Below, piece by piece: positions 8,477 to 20,343 of a DNA stretch of 64,000 nucleotides. The translations under genes and the position numbers were made by a program. Below the pieces are notes generated by a model, which did no database searches, had not been told where the DNA came from, and saw only the letters and a list, made by a program, of their open reading frames with translations. The stretch is taken from positions 11,928 through 75,927 of the forward strand of contig JACPLC010000007.1 in NCBI GenBank assembly GCA_016186695.1, in the 5' to 3' direction. The stretch is from Candidatus Kaiserbacteria bacterium. Its GTDB lineage: Bacteria > Patescibacteriota > Minisyncoccia > Phycocordibacterales > UBA2100. Each line of letters begins with the position of its first letter. Within the stretch, counting starts at the first letter, position 1.

Positions 8477-9735
8477 TAACTACGGAGTTGCTTCGCACGT
8501 TCGTGGAAGCGGATACGCTCGAGGGCTTTGGCTTCGATTTGGCGGATACGTTCGCGCGTAACGCCAAATTCGCGTCCCACCTCTTCGAGGGTGTAACAGA
8601 CGCCATCACCGGCGAGCCCGTTGCGCATTTCCAAGATCTTCCGCTCCTTCGGCGAAAGTTCGTCGAGAATCTCCATCATCTGCTCGGAGAGAATGCGGCG
8701 CGAAGCATCCTGATCCGGCGCTGCGATTGTGTCGTCGGCGATAAAGCTGCCGAGCGTGGAGCGCTCGTCGTCGTCTTCGCCCACCGGCGATTCGAGCGAG
8801 ACGGTGTCCTGATTGATCTTTTGGATGGTGTAAATCTTCTCCACCTCGATGCCCATTTCGGCCGCGATTTCCTCGGGCAGAGGGTCGCGCCCCAAATGTT
8901 GGCTCAACTCCCTCACTTTTTGCTTATACTTCGCGATGGTCTCCACCATGTGCACGGGAATGCGAATGGTGCGACTTTGGTCTGCCAAAGCGCGGGTGAT
9001 GGCCTGCCGGATCCACCACGTCGCATACGTCGAAAATTTGTAACCCTTCGTGTGGTCGAATTTGTCCACGGCTTTGAAGAGACCGAGGTTCCCCTCCTGA
9101 ATGAGGTCGAGGAGCGTGAGATCTGGTGAGCGGTTCACGTACTTCTTGGCAATAGAAACGACCAAGCGAAGGTTGGAACGCGCGAGGATCGAGCGGGCTT
9201 CTTCGTCGCCCACAAGAATGCGCTTCGCGAGATCTTTTTCCTGTTCTCCTGTGAGAAGCGGGTACTGGCCGATCTCGCGCAAATACATTTGCACCGAGTC
9301 GTAGCTCGAATCGCTTCTGCGATGCTGGAGCTTTTTGCTCGCGAGCACGGAATCCGCCGAAGTGTCCTCGAGCATGCCGCCACCTTCTAAAACGTCGATG
9401 CCCGCGGTCGCAAATCGCTCATACATTTCGTCGAGCAGGATGACGTTGTTCTCGATAGTGGGAAATTCACGGAGAATTTCGTCATAGGTGATATAGCCGC
9501 GCTCTTTCCCGAGGCGGGTCAGTGCGTCGATCTTCGCATTCACTTTCTGTGCAGCTTTCCCACTCAACATTTTGGGGGTGGATAGTTTGCCGCGCTTCAT
9601 TTCCTTGCGAGCAACCTTCCGCACGCGCACTTTCGTTTTCGTGCGACGCGAGCCCGCCCGCCGTGCGCTCTTGCGCGAACGTGCGGTGCTTCGCGCCTTC
9701 ACTCTCTTTTTGTTCGTCTTTTTCTTTTTTGCCAT
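8473..9735 (-). CDS. rpoD: RNA polymerase sigma-70 factor (primary sigma) with Lys/Arg-rich N-terminal extension
   Basis: Regions 2-4 conserved ([32 protein letters not shown], sigma region 4 HTH); start taken at MAKKKK (9733-9735). Confidence 0.9.
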   Translation of the reverse strand: MAKKKKTNKKRVKARSTARSRKSARRAGSRRTKTKVRVRKVARKEMKRGKLSTPKMLSGKAAQKVNAKIDALTRLGKERGYITYDEILREFPTIENNVILLDEMYERFATAGIDVLEGGGMLEDTSADSVLASKKLQHRRSDSSYDSVQMYLREIGQYPLLTGEQEKDLAKRILVGDEEARSILARSNLRLVVSIAKKYVNRSPDLTLLDLIQEGNLGLFKAVDKFDHTKGYKFSTYATWWIRQAITRALADQSRTIRIPVHMVETIAKYKQKVRELSQHLGRDPLPEEIAAEMGIEVEKIYTIQKINQDTVSLESPVGEDDDERSTLGSFIADDTIAAPDQDASRRILSEQMMEILDELSPKERKILEMRNGLAGDGVCYTLEEVGREFGVTRERIRQIEAKALERIRFHERAKQLRSY

Positions 9736-9882
9736 AGGTATATACAAAGCGCACAAATCCCCTCCCTTTCCCCGAGGGAGACAGTTTGCTTATGAATAGA
9801 CTTCCCGCCTGAACATTCTATAAACCCGCCCGAACGTACCGTTCGGTACGGGCGGGGACGCGGGAAGACTAAGTGAATTACT

Positions 9883-11670
9883 CTACAGTACTTCGTGCAG
9901 CCTCGCAATCCGCCTTGTCAACACGTTACACACAGACATATGCACAGCTACCTCCTCCTCGTTGCCCTGATGTTCCGCCCGCTTGAGCGCCGCGGTCGCC
10001 TCTGCAAGCTCGCGCGATAGCCGTTCTTTGAGGAGAACACTAAGGAGCGTCTTCGCCTCTGCTTTGAGCGCCAAGCTTCCGGCATACATCCGCTCTGCAC
10101 CGAATCGCAGTTTCTCCTGTTCTGTCGCTGAAAGCGATTCCAGTTCATCCATCGCCTCTTTTCCGAGGGCTTCTTCAAGCTCGCGCTCGTAAGCATCGAG
10201 ATCGAGCTCGGGCCTCGGAAGCGCCTTTTGCCAGAGCAATACCGAAAACGCCTGTCGCGGCCTGCCGAAGGAATCGGAACTCCTCTCCGGTTCTTCTTTG
10301 ACAGAATACAAATCGGCGATCGGTGTCTCGGGCAATTTTTCCATTTCCTCTTCGACCGCGCGCTCTGTCGAACCTGTCCTGCGGGTTATGTCGACAACGT
10401 AGCGATGGCGGGCGGAAGGATTCGGAATATCGCGGACGAACGGGAGCACTACCTGATTGACCGCGGCGTAAAAACGGTTTTTCTGTGGGAGATGTTTCTC
10501 GAGTGTGTTCAGGAGAAACTGAATAATATCCTCGGCGTCTCGTATTGCCGCGCGCCACGCCTCCGCTCCTTTTTTTCCGCCCGAGGCGGATCCGCCTTCG
10601 GCGGACAATATCAAATCGGCCGGATCAAGTCCGCTTGGAAGCGCCGCAACCTTCACGTTGAGCCCTGCCTGAAGAGCGGTGCGCGCACTCCGGCTCGCCG
10701 CCTTGATACCAGCCTCGTCTGCATCGAGCGCTATCACGAGGTTGTCCGTGAGGCGGTGAATGATAACGGCGTGCTCGGGCGTAAATGCCGTGCCGGAAAC
10801 GGCAATTGTATTTCCCCACCCGGCTTGATGTGAAGCCAGAAGATCAATCTGCCCTTCCACCAAGACGGCGCAGTTGTGCTTCCGGATGGAGAGCTTTGCT
10901 TTGTCGAGACCGTAGAGAACACGTGATTTGTGGAAGAGCGGTGTTTCGGGAGAGTTCATGTACTTAGGCGGAACAAAGCTGCCGTCCGTTTTCTCCGCCT
11001 GCCCCGTAGCCAAGTCCGAAGGACTTGTGGTACCGGGGAAAATGCGCCCCGAGAATGCAACAATGCGGCCGGCAGAATCGGCAATCGGAAACATAATACG
11101 GTTGCGGAATTTATCATTCAGGCCGCCGCGCTCAGTTCGTTTTGCTACTCCCGCCTCGAGTATCTCCTTTTCAGAAAACTTTTTGTTCTTTAGATGCTCA
11201 GCAAGGTCACTCCATCCGGCACCTGCATATCCGAGGCGGAACGTTTTGACGGTCTTGTCGTTGACACCTCGCTCGTGGAGATACTTCCGGACATCATCGT
11301 TTAACTGCGATGCATAGAAAATTGTTGCGACTTCCATGAGCTCGAAAAGACGGTCACGTTCGTCTTTCTCATGCTTGTCTCCCCGCCCGTAGACAAGAGG
11401 CACACCGGCCTTTTCGGCAAGCACCTTTAAGGCGCCCTTGAAATCCAGTCCTTCGATTTGCTCCACAAAGGAAAAAATGTCACCTCCTACATTGCAGCCA
11501 AAACAGTGGTACGTGCCGCGCTCGGGCGAAACGAAGAACGATGGTGTGCGCTCCGCGTGGAATGGACATCGCGCGCGCAGATTCGCTCCGCTGCGCTCCA
11601 ACTTTACGTATTGCGAAACAACATCGACGATCGAGAGTTTGTCTTTCACCTGCTGAACTGTGTCTGACAT
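9883..11670 (-). CDS. dnaG: DNA primase
   Basis: CHC2 zinc finger CPFHAERTPSF...HCFGC and Toprim domain; AGGAGG SD 5 nt before the second ATG. Confidence 0.9.
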   Translation of the reverse strand: MSDTVQQVKDKLSIVDVVSQYVKLERSGANLRARCPFHAERTPSFFVSPERGTYHCFGCNVGGDIFSFVEQIEGLDFKGALKVLAEKAGVPLVYGRGDKHEKDERDRLFELMEVATIFYASQLNDDVRKYLHERGVNDKTVKTFRLGYAGAGWSDLAEHLKNKKFSEKEILEAGVAKRTERGGLNDKFRNRIMFPIADSAGRIVAFSGRIFPGTTSPSDLATGQAEKTDGSFVPPKYMNSPETPLFHKSRVLYGLDKAKLSIRKHNCAVLVEGQIDLLASHQAGWGNTIAVSGTAFTPEHAVIIHRLTDNLVIALDADEAGIKAASRSARTALQAGLNVKVAALPSGLDPADLILSAEGGSASGGKKGAEAWRAAIRDAEDIIQFLLNTLEKHLPQKNRFYAAVNQVVLPFVRDIPNPSARHRYVVDITRRTGSTERAVEEEMEKLPETPIADLYSVKEEPERSSDSFGRPRQAFSVLLWQKALPRPELDLDAYERELEEALGKEAMDELESLSATEQEKLRFGAERMYAGSLALKAEAKTLLSVLLKERLSRELAEATAALKRAEHQGNEEEVAVHMSVCNVLTRRIARLHEVL

Positions 11671-11801
11671 CATGACCTCCTATTATGCCTCAATCATCCT
11701 CCATTGCACTTTTGGCAGAGAGCGTCGGATGGTACTCTATGGATTGCCTCTGGAAACCCTCTGGAGGAAATGGTCTTGCACTCTAACCCTGGGAGAGGAA
11801 G

Positions 11802-12602
11802 ATGAGAAAAAGGAATGTCCCGGGGTGCATATGCATTACTCCGGACGGCAACAGGCGCGCATGGCGCCGGAAAAGGTGGCTCTGGAAACTGCTAAAGCGC
11901 GAGACGAACGCACACGAGCGCGGCTTGGTGGCATCGAGAAGGATAATCCAAGCTGCATTGGACGCAGGCGTCAAGCATGTCGTGCTGTGGGCGGCGTCTG
12001 AATCGAACATCGTAAGTAGGAAGCCCGAAGAAATCAGGATTCTGATCGGGCTCCTCAAAAGCGAGCTGCGTGCGCGGGAAGCGGAGAGTATGACGGACAT
12101 CGAGATAGAGAAAAACCGTTTCCGGCTCTGCGGCAACTGGCGTGCCTATATCGACGATCCGGAGCTCGAAGAGTTGGTGCAGCGTGCGGAAGAGAAGACC
12201 GCAGAACATACCGACCGCACACTTACTATACTCTTTTCCTACTCCGGAGAGACCGAGGTGGCGGAAGCGCATAGAAGCCTCGTGCTTTCAGGAGAGGTAA
12301 CCCTCGAAGAACTGAGGATCCTATCCACCGAAGAACTTAAGGGGCGCGAGCGGAAGCACCTGTGGACCGCACACGTGCCGAACGTGGACCTGCATATCAG
12401 AACGGGAGTGAGACGAAAGAGAAGTTTCCCGAATTTCGTGTTCGGGAAGTTGTCTCCGAACGCCTCGGACCCCCTGCTCCCGATCCAAACCCAAAATACA
12501 GTTCTCTACTTTACCGCGAGACTGTGGCCGAACTTCAGAGTACGGCATCTGAACCGCGCCTTCGCGGTCTGGAAAAAGCATCAGTTGAATCGCGGTGCTT
12601 AG
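11802..12602 (+). CDS. uppS: Isoprenyl transferase (undecaprenyl-diphosphate synthase family, divergent)
   Basis: DGNRR motif, VLWAASESN (YAFSTEN-like) and C-terminal DLHIRTGVRRKRSFPNFVFGKL...WPNF matching the UppS family pattern; GGAG SD. Confidence 0.6.
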   Translation: MRKRNVPGCICITPDGNRRAWRRKRWLWKLLKRETNAHERGLVASRRIIQAALDAGVKHVVLWAASESNIVSRKPEEIRILIGLLKSELRAREAESMTDIEIEKNRFRLCGNWRAYIDDPELEELVQRAEEKTAEHTDRTLTILFSYSGETEVAEAHRSLVLSGEVTLEELRILSTEELKGRERKHLWTAHVPNVDLHIRTGVRRKRSFPNFVFGKLSPNASDPLLPIQTQNTVLYFTARLWPNFRVRHLNRAFAVWKKHQLNRGA

Positions 12603-12630
12603 GCGGCTCGGGTGAGCCGCCGTTTCTTTA
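12602..12630 (+). terminator. Rho-independent terminator (GGCGGCTC-gggt-GAGCCGCC then GTTTCTTT)
   Basis: Hairpin plus T-rich tail after the uppS stop. Confidence 0.55.
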
Positions 12631-12634
12631 TGCG

Positions 12635-15600
12635 TTATCGCTCAACTCTCTCGCGCGGGGTTTCGGGTATCTCAAGCGGCTCTTGCGCTGAGATCTCGGC
12701 TTCCATCTGCTTGACCATCTCGTACTTCTTGCTTCCCTTGTATCCGGTACCGGCAGGGATAAGGCGGCCGATGATGACGTTTTCTTTGAGACCGACAAGA
12801 CGGTCCACCGCGCCCGAGACGGCCGCTTCGGCGAGTTTGCGCGGCGTGTTTTGGAAGGAGATCGCGGAGAGGAATGATGCGCGTGTGAGCGAAACTTCCG
12901 TGATGCCGAGAAGGAGCGGTTTCCCGCGCGCAGGTTCTTTGCCCGCCTCTTTCGCCTCTTTGTTGAGACGTTCGAATTCAAAGTCGGTAATGATATCCCC
13001 TGCGGAAATGCCCGTTTCTCCTGCATGGGTGACGGAGACACGAGAAAACATCTGCTTCACGATGACCTCGAGGTGCTTTCGCGCCGTCGAGACGCCCTGC
13101 AGTTCGTAGATGCGTGTGATCTCACTAATGATGTATTCCTGTGAGCGCTCGGAGCCCGCGAGCGCGAAGAGCTCTTCAAGGTCGGCAGAACCATCAGTGA
13201 GAAAGTCGCCCTTCGTAACATTTTCGCCTTCCTTAATGAGGATCTGACGCAACGGATGCACGCGGTATTCGGTCTCGCGCTTCGCAGCTCTCGTCGACTT
13301 TCCGGCCGCCTTGCCGGAACCTCCTTCGGGCAAGATAGTGATAATTGTTTCCTGCCCGTCTTTCACGATGTCAGAGACAACACCGGAAACACGTGCGATC
13401 ACTGCGGGAAGTTTTGGGATGCGGCATTCGAAGATCTCTTCAACGCGCGGCAAGCCCATCGTGATGTCGCCGCCCGCGGTCGCAACACCTCCCGTGTGGA
13501 AGGTGCGCATCGTGAGCTGGGTTCCCGGCTCGCCTATAGCCTGCGCTGCGACGACGCCGATTGCTTCACCGAGATCGACAAGTTCTCCCGTCGTGAGGTC
13601 GGTGCCGTAGCACATCTGGCATACTCCACGCGCGACTTTGCACGTCATCGGCGAGCGTACCGTCACCTCCTGCACACTGCCCTCCTCGAGGGCCTTGGCG
13701 TCGTCGCGGTGCAAAAGTGTGTTGCGTTTGTAGAGAGCGGCCTCCTCGGCGAGCACACGCCCCGTAATGCGTTCGGCAAACGAGCCGCCGATATCTTCCT
13801 TGCCGGGCCGGCGGATAACGACACCCTCTTTGGTGCCACAGTCATCCTCCAAGACGACAACGTCATGCGCGACATCAAAGAGACGCCGTGTGAGGTAGCC
13901 GGCGCGTGCGGTGTTGAGCGCAGTATCCGCCAAGCCCTTGCGTGCGCCATGCGTCGAGATGAAATACTCGATCGGAGAAAGTCCTTCTTTGTACGAGGAA
14001 AGGATCGGGAACTCGACGACCTCGCCGCGCGGGTTGGTGATGAGCCCCTTCATGCCTGCCATCTGGTGGAGCTGAACGACGGAGCCACGCGCGCCGGATT
14101 GGATCATGTCGTGCACAGGACCGGTTTTGTCGAGCGAATCGAGCACGTGCTTGCGCAGGTCGGCCGAAACCTTGCTCCAAATCTCGAGTGTCATCCTGCG
14201 ACGTTCCTCGTCGGTGAGAAGCCCCTCGCGGAAGTTGTCCTGTTCCTTCGCTGCCCTCTCGCGACCCTCGCGTACGAGCTCATCCTTTTTCTTCGGCACA
14301 ACCACATCGGAAAGAGACCACGTGATGCCGGCATAGGTCGCGTAGCGGAAACCGAACGCCTTGATCTTGTCGAGGATGGCGGGGATACCATCGAGCTTGT
14401 AGTGCGTCACGAGATCCTGCACGAGCCGCTGCATTCGCTTGTTGGTTATCTCCTCGTTGACGAAAGGAAAGTCGCTTGGCAAAACAGAGTTGAAGAGAAG
14501 ACGGCCAACCGTCGTTTCAAACACTTTGCCGCCGAAGTGCGCGTATTTTTTGCTGTCTCCTGGAAGCAGTTTTATTTTCGCGCGCAAATCGATCGCGCCG
14601 AAGTCGAAAGCGGTGATCGCTGCGTTCGTGGCCGGAAAACTCTGCCCCTCGCCTTTCGCACCCTCGAGCGCCTTTGTCATCCAGAAACAGCCAAGCACGA
14701 TATCGAGGAGCTTCGAGGCAACGACAACATCGCCGCTTCCCGGTTTCAGGATGTTTTTGTTGGCCGACATTATCTTCGCCGCTTCGAGCTGTGCTGCCTC
14801 CGAAAGCGGTACGTGCACGGCCATCGCGTCTCCGTCGAAGTCGGCGTTGTAGGCAGGACACACGAGAGGATGCACCTGGATCGCGTTTCCTTCGATGAGG
14901 ACGGGCCGGAACGCCTGAATAGACTGACGGTGAAGCGTCGGCGCGCGGTTCAAGAGCACGTGCTTGTCCATGATCGCATCTTCGAGGATGGGCCACACTT
15001 CCGGCGCCTCGTCTTCGATGAGGCGGCCGGCACCGCGGATGTTATAGGCAAGTTCGCGCGCAAGAAGTCCGCGTATAACGAACGGCCGGAAGAGCTCGAG
15101 AACCATGTGCTTCGGTAACCCACACTCATCGAGCGCGAGATCGGGGCCGACAACGATGACCGAGCGACCGGAATAGTCGACACGCTTGCCGAGGAGGTTT
15201 TGCCGCAGATAGCCGTGCTTGCCCTTCAAGTAGTCGGCCAAGGATTTCAGCGCGCGGCGCCGGCCGCCTAAGATGCCAAGTACACCCGCACCACGACGCA
15301 TTGAGTTGTCCAAAAGTGCGTCGACTGCCTCCTGCAGAATACGCTTTTCATTGCGCAAAATGACGTCTGGCGCGTGAATCGCGAGGAGTCGCTTCAAGCG
15401 GTTGTTGCGGTTGATTACGCGACGATAGAGATCATTCAAATCAGAAGACGCATGACGGCCGCCTTCAAGCGCGACCATCGGGCGAAGTGCAGGCGGCACG
15501 ACGGGAAGACGTGTGATGAACATCCACTCGGGTCGCACGTTTGCCCGCGAAAGACTCTCCGCAAGCGACAAGCGCTTTCGTGCCTTGTCACGTTCTGCGG

Positions 15601-16333
15601 CAGAGGCATTCTCAAATTCCTCCTTGAGTTTTTTTACGAACTCGTCGAGATTTGTCTTTGTGAGTATGTTGTAGAGCGCCTCTGCGCCGATGGCTGCGCG
15701 GAACATTGCGCCGTACTTGACGGCAAAGAGGTGGTAGGCAGCCTCGTCGAGAACAGCGCCGATCTGGAGAGAATCGATCTCCTTCTTCGCTTTCGTTGCC
15801 TTTTCCTTGAGGGTGGTTTTTGTTTCGGCCCCCTCTGCAGCCTTCATCTTCGACTGAAATTCCTGCTCAAGATCCTTGAGAAGCCGCGTACGCTCATCCT
15901 CGTCCACATGTGTGACGATGTAGCCGGCAAAATACACGACTTTCTCCACTTCCGCCGCCGAAAGGCCGAGCATGAGAGCGATGCGTGAGGGGATCCCACG
16001 CAAAAACCAAATGTGTGCGACCGGAGTCGCAAGGTCAATGTGCCCCATGCGCTCCCTGCGCACGATCGAACGCGTGATCTCCACACCGCACTTTTCGCAC
16101 ACGATGCCGCGGAAACGAATGCCGCGGTACTTGCCACAGTAGCACTCGTAATCTTTTTCAGGGCCGAAGACACGCTCGTCGAAAAGGCCGTTCTTCTCCG
16201 GCCGCTGGGTGCGGTAGTTGATGGTTTCGGGTTTTGTGATCTCGCCGTACGACCAATCTCCGATGCGATCGGGAGAAGCGAGCCGCATCGCAACTGCTTC
16301 GAAACTCTGCGGAATAATGTCTTTCTTTTTCAT
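12635..16333 (-). CDS. rpoC: DNA-directed RNA polymerase subunit beta-prime
   Basis: [16 protein letters not shown] catalytic motif and zinc-binding CYCGKY...CEKCGV; start taken at MKKKDII (16331-16333), abutting the rpoB stop. Confidence 0.95.
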   Translation of the reverse strand: MKKKDIIPQSFEAVAMRLASPDRIGDWSYGEITKPETINYRTQRPEKNGLFDERVFGPEKDYECYCGKYRGIRFRGIVCEKCGVEITRSIVRRERMGHIDLATPVAHIWFLRGIPSRIALMLGLSAAEVEKVVYFAGYIVTHVDEDERTRLLKDLEQEFQSKMKAAEGAETKTTLKEKATKAKKEIDSLQIGAVLDEAAYHLFAVKYGAMFRAAIGAEALYNILTKTNLDEFVKKLKEEFENASAAERDKARKRLSLAESLSRANVRPEWMFITRLPVVPPALRPMVALEGGRHASSDLNDLYRRVINRNNRLKRLLAIHAPDVILRNEKRILQEAVDALLDNSMRRGAGVLGILGGRRRALKSLADYLKGKHGYLRQNLLGKRVDYSGRSVIVVGPDLALDECGLPKHMVLELFRPFVIRGLLARELAYNIRGAGRLIEDEAPEVWPILEDAIMDKHVLLNRAPTLHRQSIQAFRPVLIEGNAIQVHPLVCPAYNADFDGDAMAVHVPLSEAAQLEAAKIMSANKNILKPGSGDVVVASKLLDIVLGCFWMTKALEGAKGEGQSFPATNAAITAFDFGAIDLRAKIKLLPGDSKKYAHFGGKVFETTVGRLLFNSVLPSDFPFVNEEITNKRMQRLVQDLVTHYKLDGIPAILDKIKAFGFRYATYAGITWSLSDVVVPKKKDELVREGRERAAKEQDNFREGLLTDEERRRMTLEIWSKVSADLRKHVLDSLDKTGPVHDMIQSGARGSVVQLHQMAGMKGLITNPRGEVVEFPILSSYKEGLSPIEYFISTHGARKGLADTALNTARAGYLTRRLFDVAHDVVVLEDDCGTKEGVVIRRPGKEDIGGSFAERITGRVLAEEAALYKRNTLLHRDDAKALEEGSVQEVTVRSPMTCKVARGVCQMCYGTDLTTGELVDLGEAIGVVAAQAIGEPGTQLTMRTFHTGGVATAGGDITMGLPRVEEIFECRIPKLPAVIARVSGVVSDIVKDGQETIITILPEGGSGKAAGKSTRAAKRETEYRVHPLRQILIKEGENVTKGDFLTDGSADLEELFALAGSERSQEYIISEITRIYELQGVSTARKHLEVIVKQMFSRVSVTHAGETGISAGDIITDFEFERLNKEAKEAGKEPARGKPLLLGITEVSLTRASFLSAISFQNTPRKLAEAAVSGAVDRLVGLKENVIIGRLIPAGTGYKGSKKYEMVKQMEAEISAQEPLEIPETPRERVER

Positions 16334-16334
16334 A

Positions 16335-19300
16335 TTAGCGTCTACTCTCAAAGCGCTCTCCCCCGATAAATTCGACGTCAATGCCCAAGCCGCGGAGGTG
16401 CCGTACGAGGACATTGAAGGTCGCTGGTGTGTGCGATTCGGTGATGCGCTTTCCCGAAACGATCGCGTCAAACGCTGCCGAGCGTCCGAGAATGTCATCG
16501 GATTTGTAGGTGAGGATTTCGCGCAGAGAGTGCGCCGCGCCGTATCCGAGAAAAGCCCACACCTCCATTTCCCCCACACGCTGGCCGCCGTTTTGCGCCT
16601 TGCCGCCCAAAGGCTGCTGGGTGGTGAGTGAGTACGGACCGATCGAGCGCATGTGGATCTTGTCTTCCACCATGTGGTGGAGCTTCAACATGTACATGAT
16701 GCCGACGGCAACCGGCTGGGCGAAGGCCTCCCCGGTGCGACCGTCAAAAAGCACGCGCTTGCCGCTTTCGTGCAAGCCTGCCTCCTTTAGCTCGGTCCTG
16801 ATCTCCTCCTCAGAGGCACCCGCAAACGAAGGCACGATCGCCTGATACCCGAGACTTTCTGCGGCAAGCCCTAAGTGGAGCTCGAGGATTTGCCCGAGGT
16901 TCATACGCGATGGCACACCCAAAGGCGTCAAAATGATGTCCACAGGATTCCCCTGCTCATCAAACGGCATGTCCTCCTCGGGAAGCACGCGCGAGATGAC
17001 ACCCTTGTTGCCGTGACGGCCCGCAAGTTTGTCGCCGACGGCGACCGTGCGGAGCTGGGCGACCTCGACATGCACGCGCTTGATGACACCGCTTTCAAGC
17101 TGGTCGCCATTCTCGCGCGAAAAGAGTTTAACGCCGACGACTCTGCCACGCTTTCCGCCCTCCATCCGAAGCGAGGTGTCTTTCACATCTTTGGCCTTCT
17201 CGCCGAAAATGGCATGGAGGAGACGCTCTTCCGGCGTGAGCTGTGTCTCGCCTTTTGGCGTCACCTTCCCTACCAAAATGTCGCCGGGGCGCACCTCCGC
17301 ACCGATCCTGATGATGCCGTCCTCATCGAGGTTGCGAAGCTTGAATTCGGAAACGTTCGGAATATCGTGCGTCGTTACTTCGGGCCCGAGCTTCGTGTCG
17401 CGGACGATGCAGACAAACTCCTCCATGTGGATGGAGGAAAAGCGTCCCTCTTTCGCAAGCCGCTCAGAAATAACGATTGCATCTTCAAAGTTCGCACCAA
17501 ACCACGGCAAAAATGCCACGCGGACACTCTGCCCCAAAGCGAGCTGTCCGCCGACGGAGGTCGAGGTGTCTGCAAGTATCGTCCCCTTCTTCACCGCCTC
17601 CTCGACGGAGACAAGCGGACGCTGATGGAAGGTCGTAAAGCCATTCGTGCGCTGGAAATTGACGAGAGGGTATTCCTTTGTTTTTCCGTCTGCGTTCTTC
17701 ACTTTGACGAGTGACGCGTCTACATAGGTGACCTCGCCCGCTTCTTCTGCGATAACGAGCCGTCCCGAGTCGCGGGCAGCAGCGGCTTCCACGCCGGTTG
17801 CGACCAAGGGAGCTTCCGGTACAACGAGGGGCACCGCCTGCTTCTGCATGTTCGAACCCATCAGGGCGCGGTTGGCGTCATCGTTTTCCACAAAGGGAAT
17901 CAGCGAGGTTGCAACGGAAAAGAGCTGGTTCGTCGCAACTTCAAGAAAATTCACTTCTTCGCGCTTCACGATCATCGGTGCGCCCGCTTTTCTTACATCC
18001 ACAAACTTCTGGGTAATGCGGCCATCTTCGTCGCGCTCCGTTGCAGCGTGCGCGATCGCGTGGCTCTCCTCCTCGAGGGCGTTCAGGTAGACGATCTCCT
18101 TGGTCACGTGACCTTTCTCCACTTTGGCGTACGGCGTTTCGATGATGCCGAATTCGTTCGGCCGCGCATAGAGCGACATGTGAAGCACAAGCCCGATGTT
18201 CTTGCCTTCAGGCGTGTGAATGGGGCAGACGCGGCCATAGTGCGAGGAGTGCACGTCGCGTACTTCCAATCCCGCGCGCTCCGAGGTGAGACCGCCGCGG
18301 CCAAGTGTTGAGAGCGTCCGTAGGTGCTCTATCTCATCCAAGGTGTTGTACTGCTGCATCAGCTGCGAGAGCTGGTCTGTCGTGAAGAATTCGCGAACCG
18401 CCGCCTGAAACGGCCGCGGGTTTACGAAATGAACCGGCAGTGAGGTCGTAGGATCAACCATCGCCATCCGGTCCTGGATATTGCGCTTCATGCGCGAAAG
18501 GCCGACACGCATGCGCTGCTCCAGAAGCTCGCCGACGAATCGCACGCGACGAAAACCAAGGTGGTCGATATCGTCTGGAAGGGCCGCCGGGTTGTCGTTC
18601 GATTCCGCAATGTGCGATACGATGCGGACAACGTCCTCGACATTCAGGGTCTGGCGCTCGAGGTCTTTGTGCGAGCTGGAAAGCCCAAACCGGCGGTTGA
18701 AGTGGAACCGGCCGACCCTCGAGAGATCGTATCGCTCGGGAGATAAAATAGCCTGCACATGCTCGCGCGCGCTCTCCGGGGTCGCGATGTCGCCATCGCG
18801 GAGCCGCCGGTAGATCTCAACGAATGCCTCCTCGAGCGTTTGCGCGTGATCGTGCGCAAGCGTGGCCGCAATCGCCTCGGAAGCAGAGCGAGATTTTTCA
18901 AAACGCCCGCGAAGTTCTTTCTCGGTCGCGAGCCCGAGAACACGCAGGAGCGCCGTTACAGGAAAGCGGCGCTTGCGGTCGATCTTCACATAGATACCGC
19001 CGTCGGGGTCGGATTCGAGTTCGATCCAAACACCGCGCGAGGGAATAATTTTTGCCGCGAAGTAGTTTTTTCCTTTGTAGGGAACGGTTTCAAAAAATAC
19101 ACCGTAGCTTCGCGCGAGCTGCGGCACTACGATACGCTCGACACCGTTGATGATGAAAGAGCCGTGCGCCGTCATCCACGGAAAATCAGCGAGAAAAATC
19201 TCCTGCTCTTTCTCCGTACCCGTGGTTTTGTTTTTGAGACGGACAACGACCGAAAGCGGCGCCTCATAGGTGCGCATGGATTTCTTCGCAAAATGCTCAT

Positions 19301-19520
19301 CCCAGCGCAGATCGCTAAAAGAAAACTTCATCAGCTTGAGCTCAAACTTTTTTCCCGAGTGGTCGGCGATTGGGAAAAATTCGCCGAAAACGCGCTCTGC
19401 CCCACCCCCGATGAACTCACGGAAAGAGGCAAGCTGGGAATCGACGAGCGAAGGGAGCTTCACGAGAGGTTCCCTAAACGCTCCAAAGTATTTCTGCGGC
19501 CGCGGCTTTGTTTTTCTCAT
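16335..19520 (-). CDS. rpoB: DNA-directed RNA polymerase subunit beta
   Basis: Full-length beta-subunit conservation; TAA stop at 16335-16337. Confidence 0.95.
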   Translation of the reverse strand: MRKTKPRPQKYFGAFREPLVKLPSLVDSQLASFREFIGGGAERVFGEFFPIADHSGKKFELKLMKFSFSDLRWDEHFAKKSMRTYEAPLSVVVRLKNKTTGTEKEQEIFLADFPWMTAHGSFIINGVERIVVPQLARSYGVFFETVPYKGKNYFAAKIIPSRGVWIELESDPDGGIYVKIDRKRRFPVTALLRVLGLATEKELRGRFEKSRSASEAIAATLAHDHAQTLEEAFVEIYRRLRDGDIATPESAREHVQAILSPERYDLSRVGRFHFNRRFGLSSSHKDLERQTLNVEDVVRIVSHIAESNDNPAALPDDIDHLGFRRVRFVGELLEQRMRVGLSRMKRNIQDRMAMVDPTTSLPVHFVNPRPFQAAVREFFTTDQLSQLMQQYNTLDEIEHLRTLSTLGRGGLTSERAGLEVRDVHSSHYGRVCPIHTPEGKNIGLVLHMSLYARPNEFGIIETPYAKVEKGHVTKEIVYLNALEEESHAIAHAATERDEDGRITQKFVDVRKAGAPMIVKREEVNFLEVATNQLFSVATSLIPFVENDDANRALMGSNMQKQAVPLVVPEAPLVATGVEAAAARDSGRLVIAEEAGEVTYVDASLVKVKNADGKTKEYPLVNFQRTNGFTTFHQRPLVSVEEAVKKGTILADTSTSVGGQLALGQSVRVAFLPWFGANFEDAIVISERLAKEGRFSSIHMEEFVCIVRDTKLGPEVTTHDIPNVSEFKLRNLDEDGIIRIGAEVRPGDILVGKVTPKGETQLTPEERLLHAIFGEKAKDVKDTSLRMEGGKRGRVVGVKLFSRENGDQLESGVIKRVHVEVAQLRTVAVGDKLAGRHGNKGVISRVLPEEDMPFDEQGNPVDIILTPLGVPSRMNLGQILELHLGLAAESLGYQAIVPSFAGASEEEIRTELKEAGLHESGKRVLFDGRTGEAFAQPVAVGIMYMLKLHHMVEDKIHMRSIGPYSLTTQQPLGGKAQNGGQRVGEMEVWAFLGYGAAHSLREILTYKSDDILGRSAAFDAIVSGKRITESHTPATFNVLVRHLRGLGIDVEFIGGERFESRR

Positions 19521-19635
19521 TACGCAACAAGCTACCCGTACAACGCTTTAGGCGCTGCAGGTATGAACGATATTAAATTTTTATTCAAATCCGTTTGCCG
19601 AAGCGCAGCCGCAACACAATCGAGCTTAGAGCAAA

Positions 19636-19665
19636 TGTCGGGACAATATATAGGAAGGGTTTTGG
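19636..19665 (-). promoter_or_regulatory. Candidate rpoBC promoter, TTGACA-18-TATTGT on the minus strand
   Basis: rc TTGACA at 19660-19665 and rc TATTGT at 19636-19641; ~110-nt leader. Confidence 0.3.
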
Positions 19666-19695
19666 CGTGTCAACCCCTTACACGGCCCGGTGGGG

Positions 19696-20343
19696 CTAAG
19701 CCTTTCGGCGTTTCTTCTTCCACGCGTCAATATTTGCGTGGTGCCCGGAACGAAGGACCGAAGGCACTTTGTACTTTTTGCCCTTCCACACCAGCGTTTC
19801 CGGGCGTGTATAGACTTCTGGGCTTGCGACACGGCCCGCTTCGAGCGATTCGGCTTTGCCCAAGACATTAGGAACAAAACGCGAAACGGCATCGATTACA
19901 GTTGCCGCCGGAAGCTCGCCGCCCGTGAGGATGTATGGACCCATCGAGACTTTTTTTGCTTTTAAAATTTTCGCGACTCGCTCATCGATGCCCTCGTAAT
20001 GGCCTGCGATAAGAAGGATAGCTTTTTTCTTTGACAACTTCTTTGCCATCGTCTCATCAAACTGCTTTCCGTCGGTGGAAAAAAATATTTTCTCCGGTTT
20101 ACCCTGAGCTCGTCGAAGGGCTTTTTCTGCGGCACGCAAGATTGCATCCGGCTCCAAGACCATCCCTGGCCCTCCGCCATACGGTCGTCTGTCCACTCTG
20201 CCATATTTGTCCCGCGTAAACTTCTTCGGATCGTAAAAGGAGATTTTTATCTTCTTCGCCTTCTGCGCACGACCAATAATCGAGCTCTTGAGGTAGGGCT
20301 CGATCGAATCAGGAAACAGGGTGATTATATGGAAGTGGATCAT
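19696..20343 (-). CDS. trmD: tRNA (guanine37-N1)-methyltransferase
   Basis: MIHFHIITLFPD...RPYGGGPGMV TrmD signature. Confidence 0.9.
   Translation of the reverse strand: MIHFHIITLFPDSIEPYLKSSIIGRAQKAKKIKISFYDPKKFTRDKYGRVDRRPYGGGPGMVLEPDAILRAAEKALRRAQGKPEKIFFSTDGKQFDETMAKKLSKKKAILLIAGHYEGIDERVAKILKAKKVSMGPYILTGGELPAATVIDAVSRFVPNVLGKAESLEAGRVASPEVYTRPETLVWKGKKYKVPSVLRSGHHANIDAWKKKRRKA

Noticed and set aside
13256-15118. 620-aa ORF on the plus strand, plus many similar 100-370-aa ORFs (for example 16875-17714, 18759-19871, 22399-23043, 29091-29651)
   Set aside because: They are antisense to rpoC, rpoB, smc or dnaE, whose conservation is unambiguous. They are long stop-free frames of the kind expected at ~57% GC.
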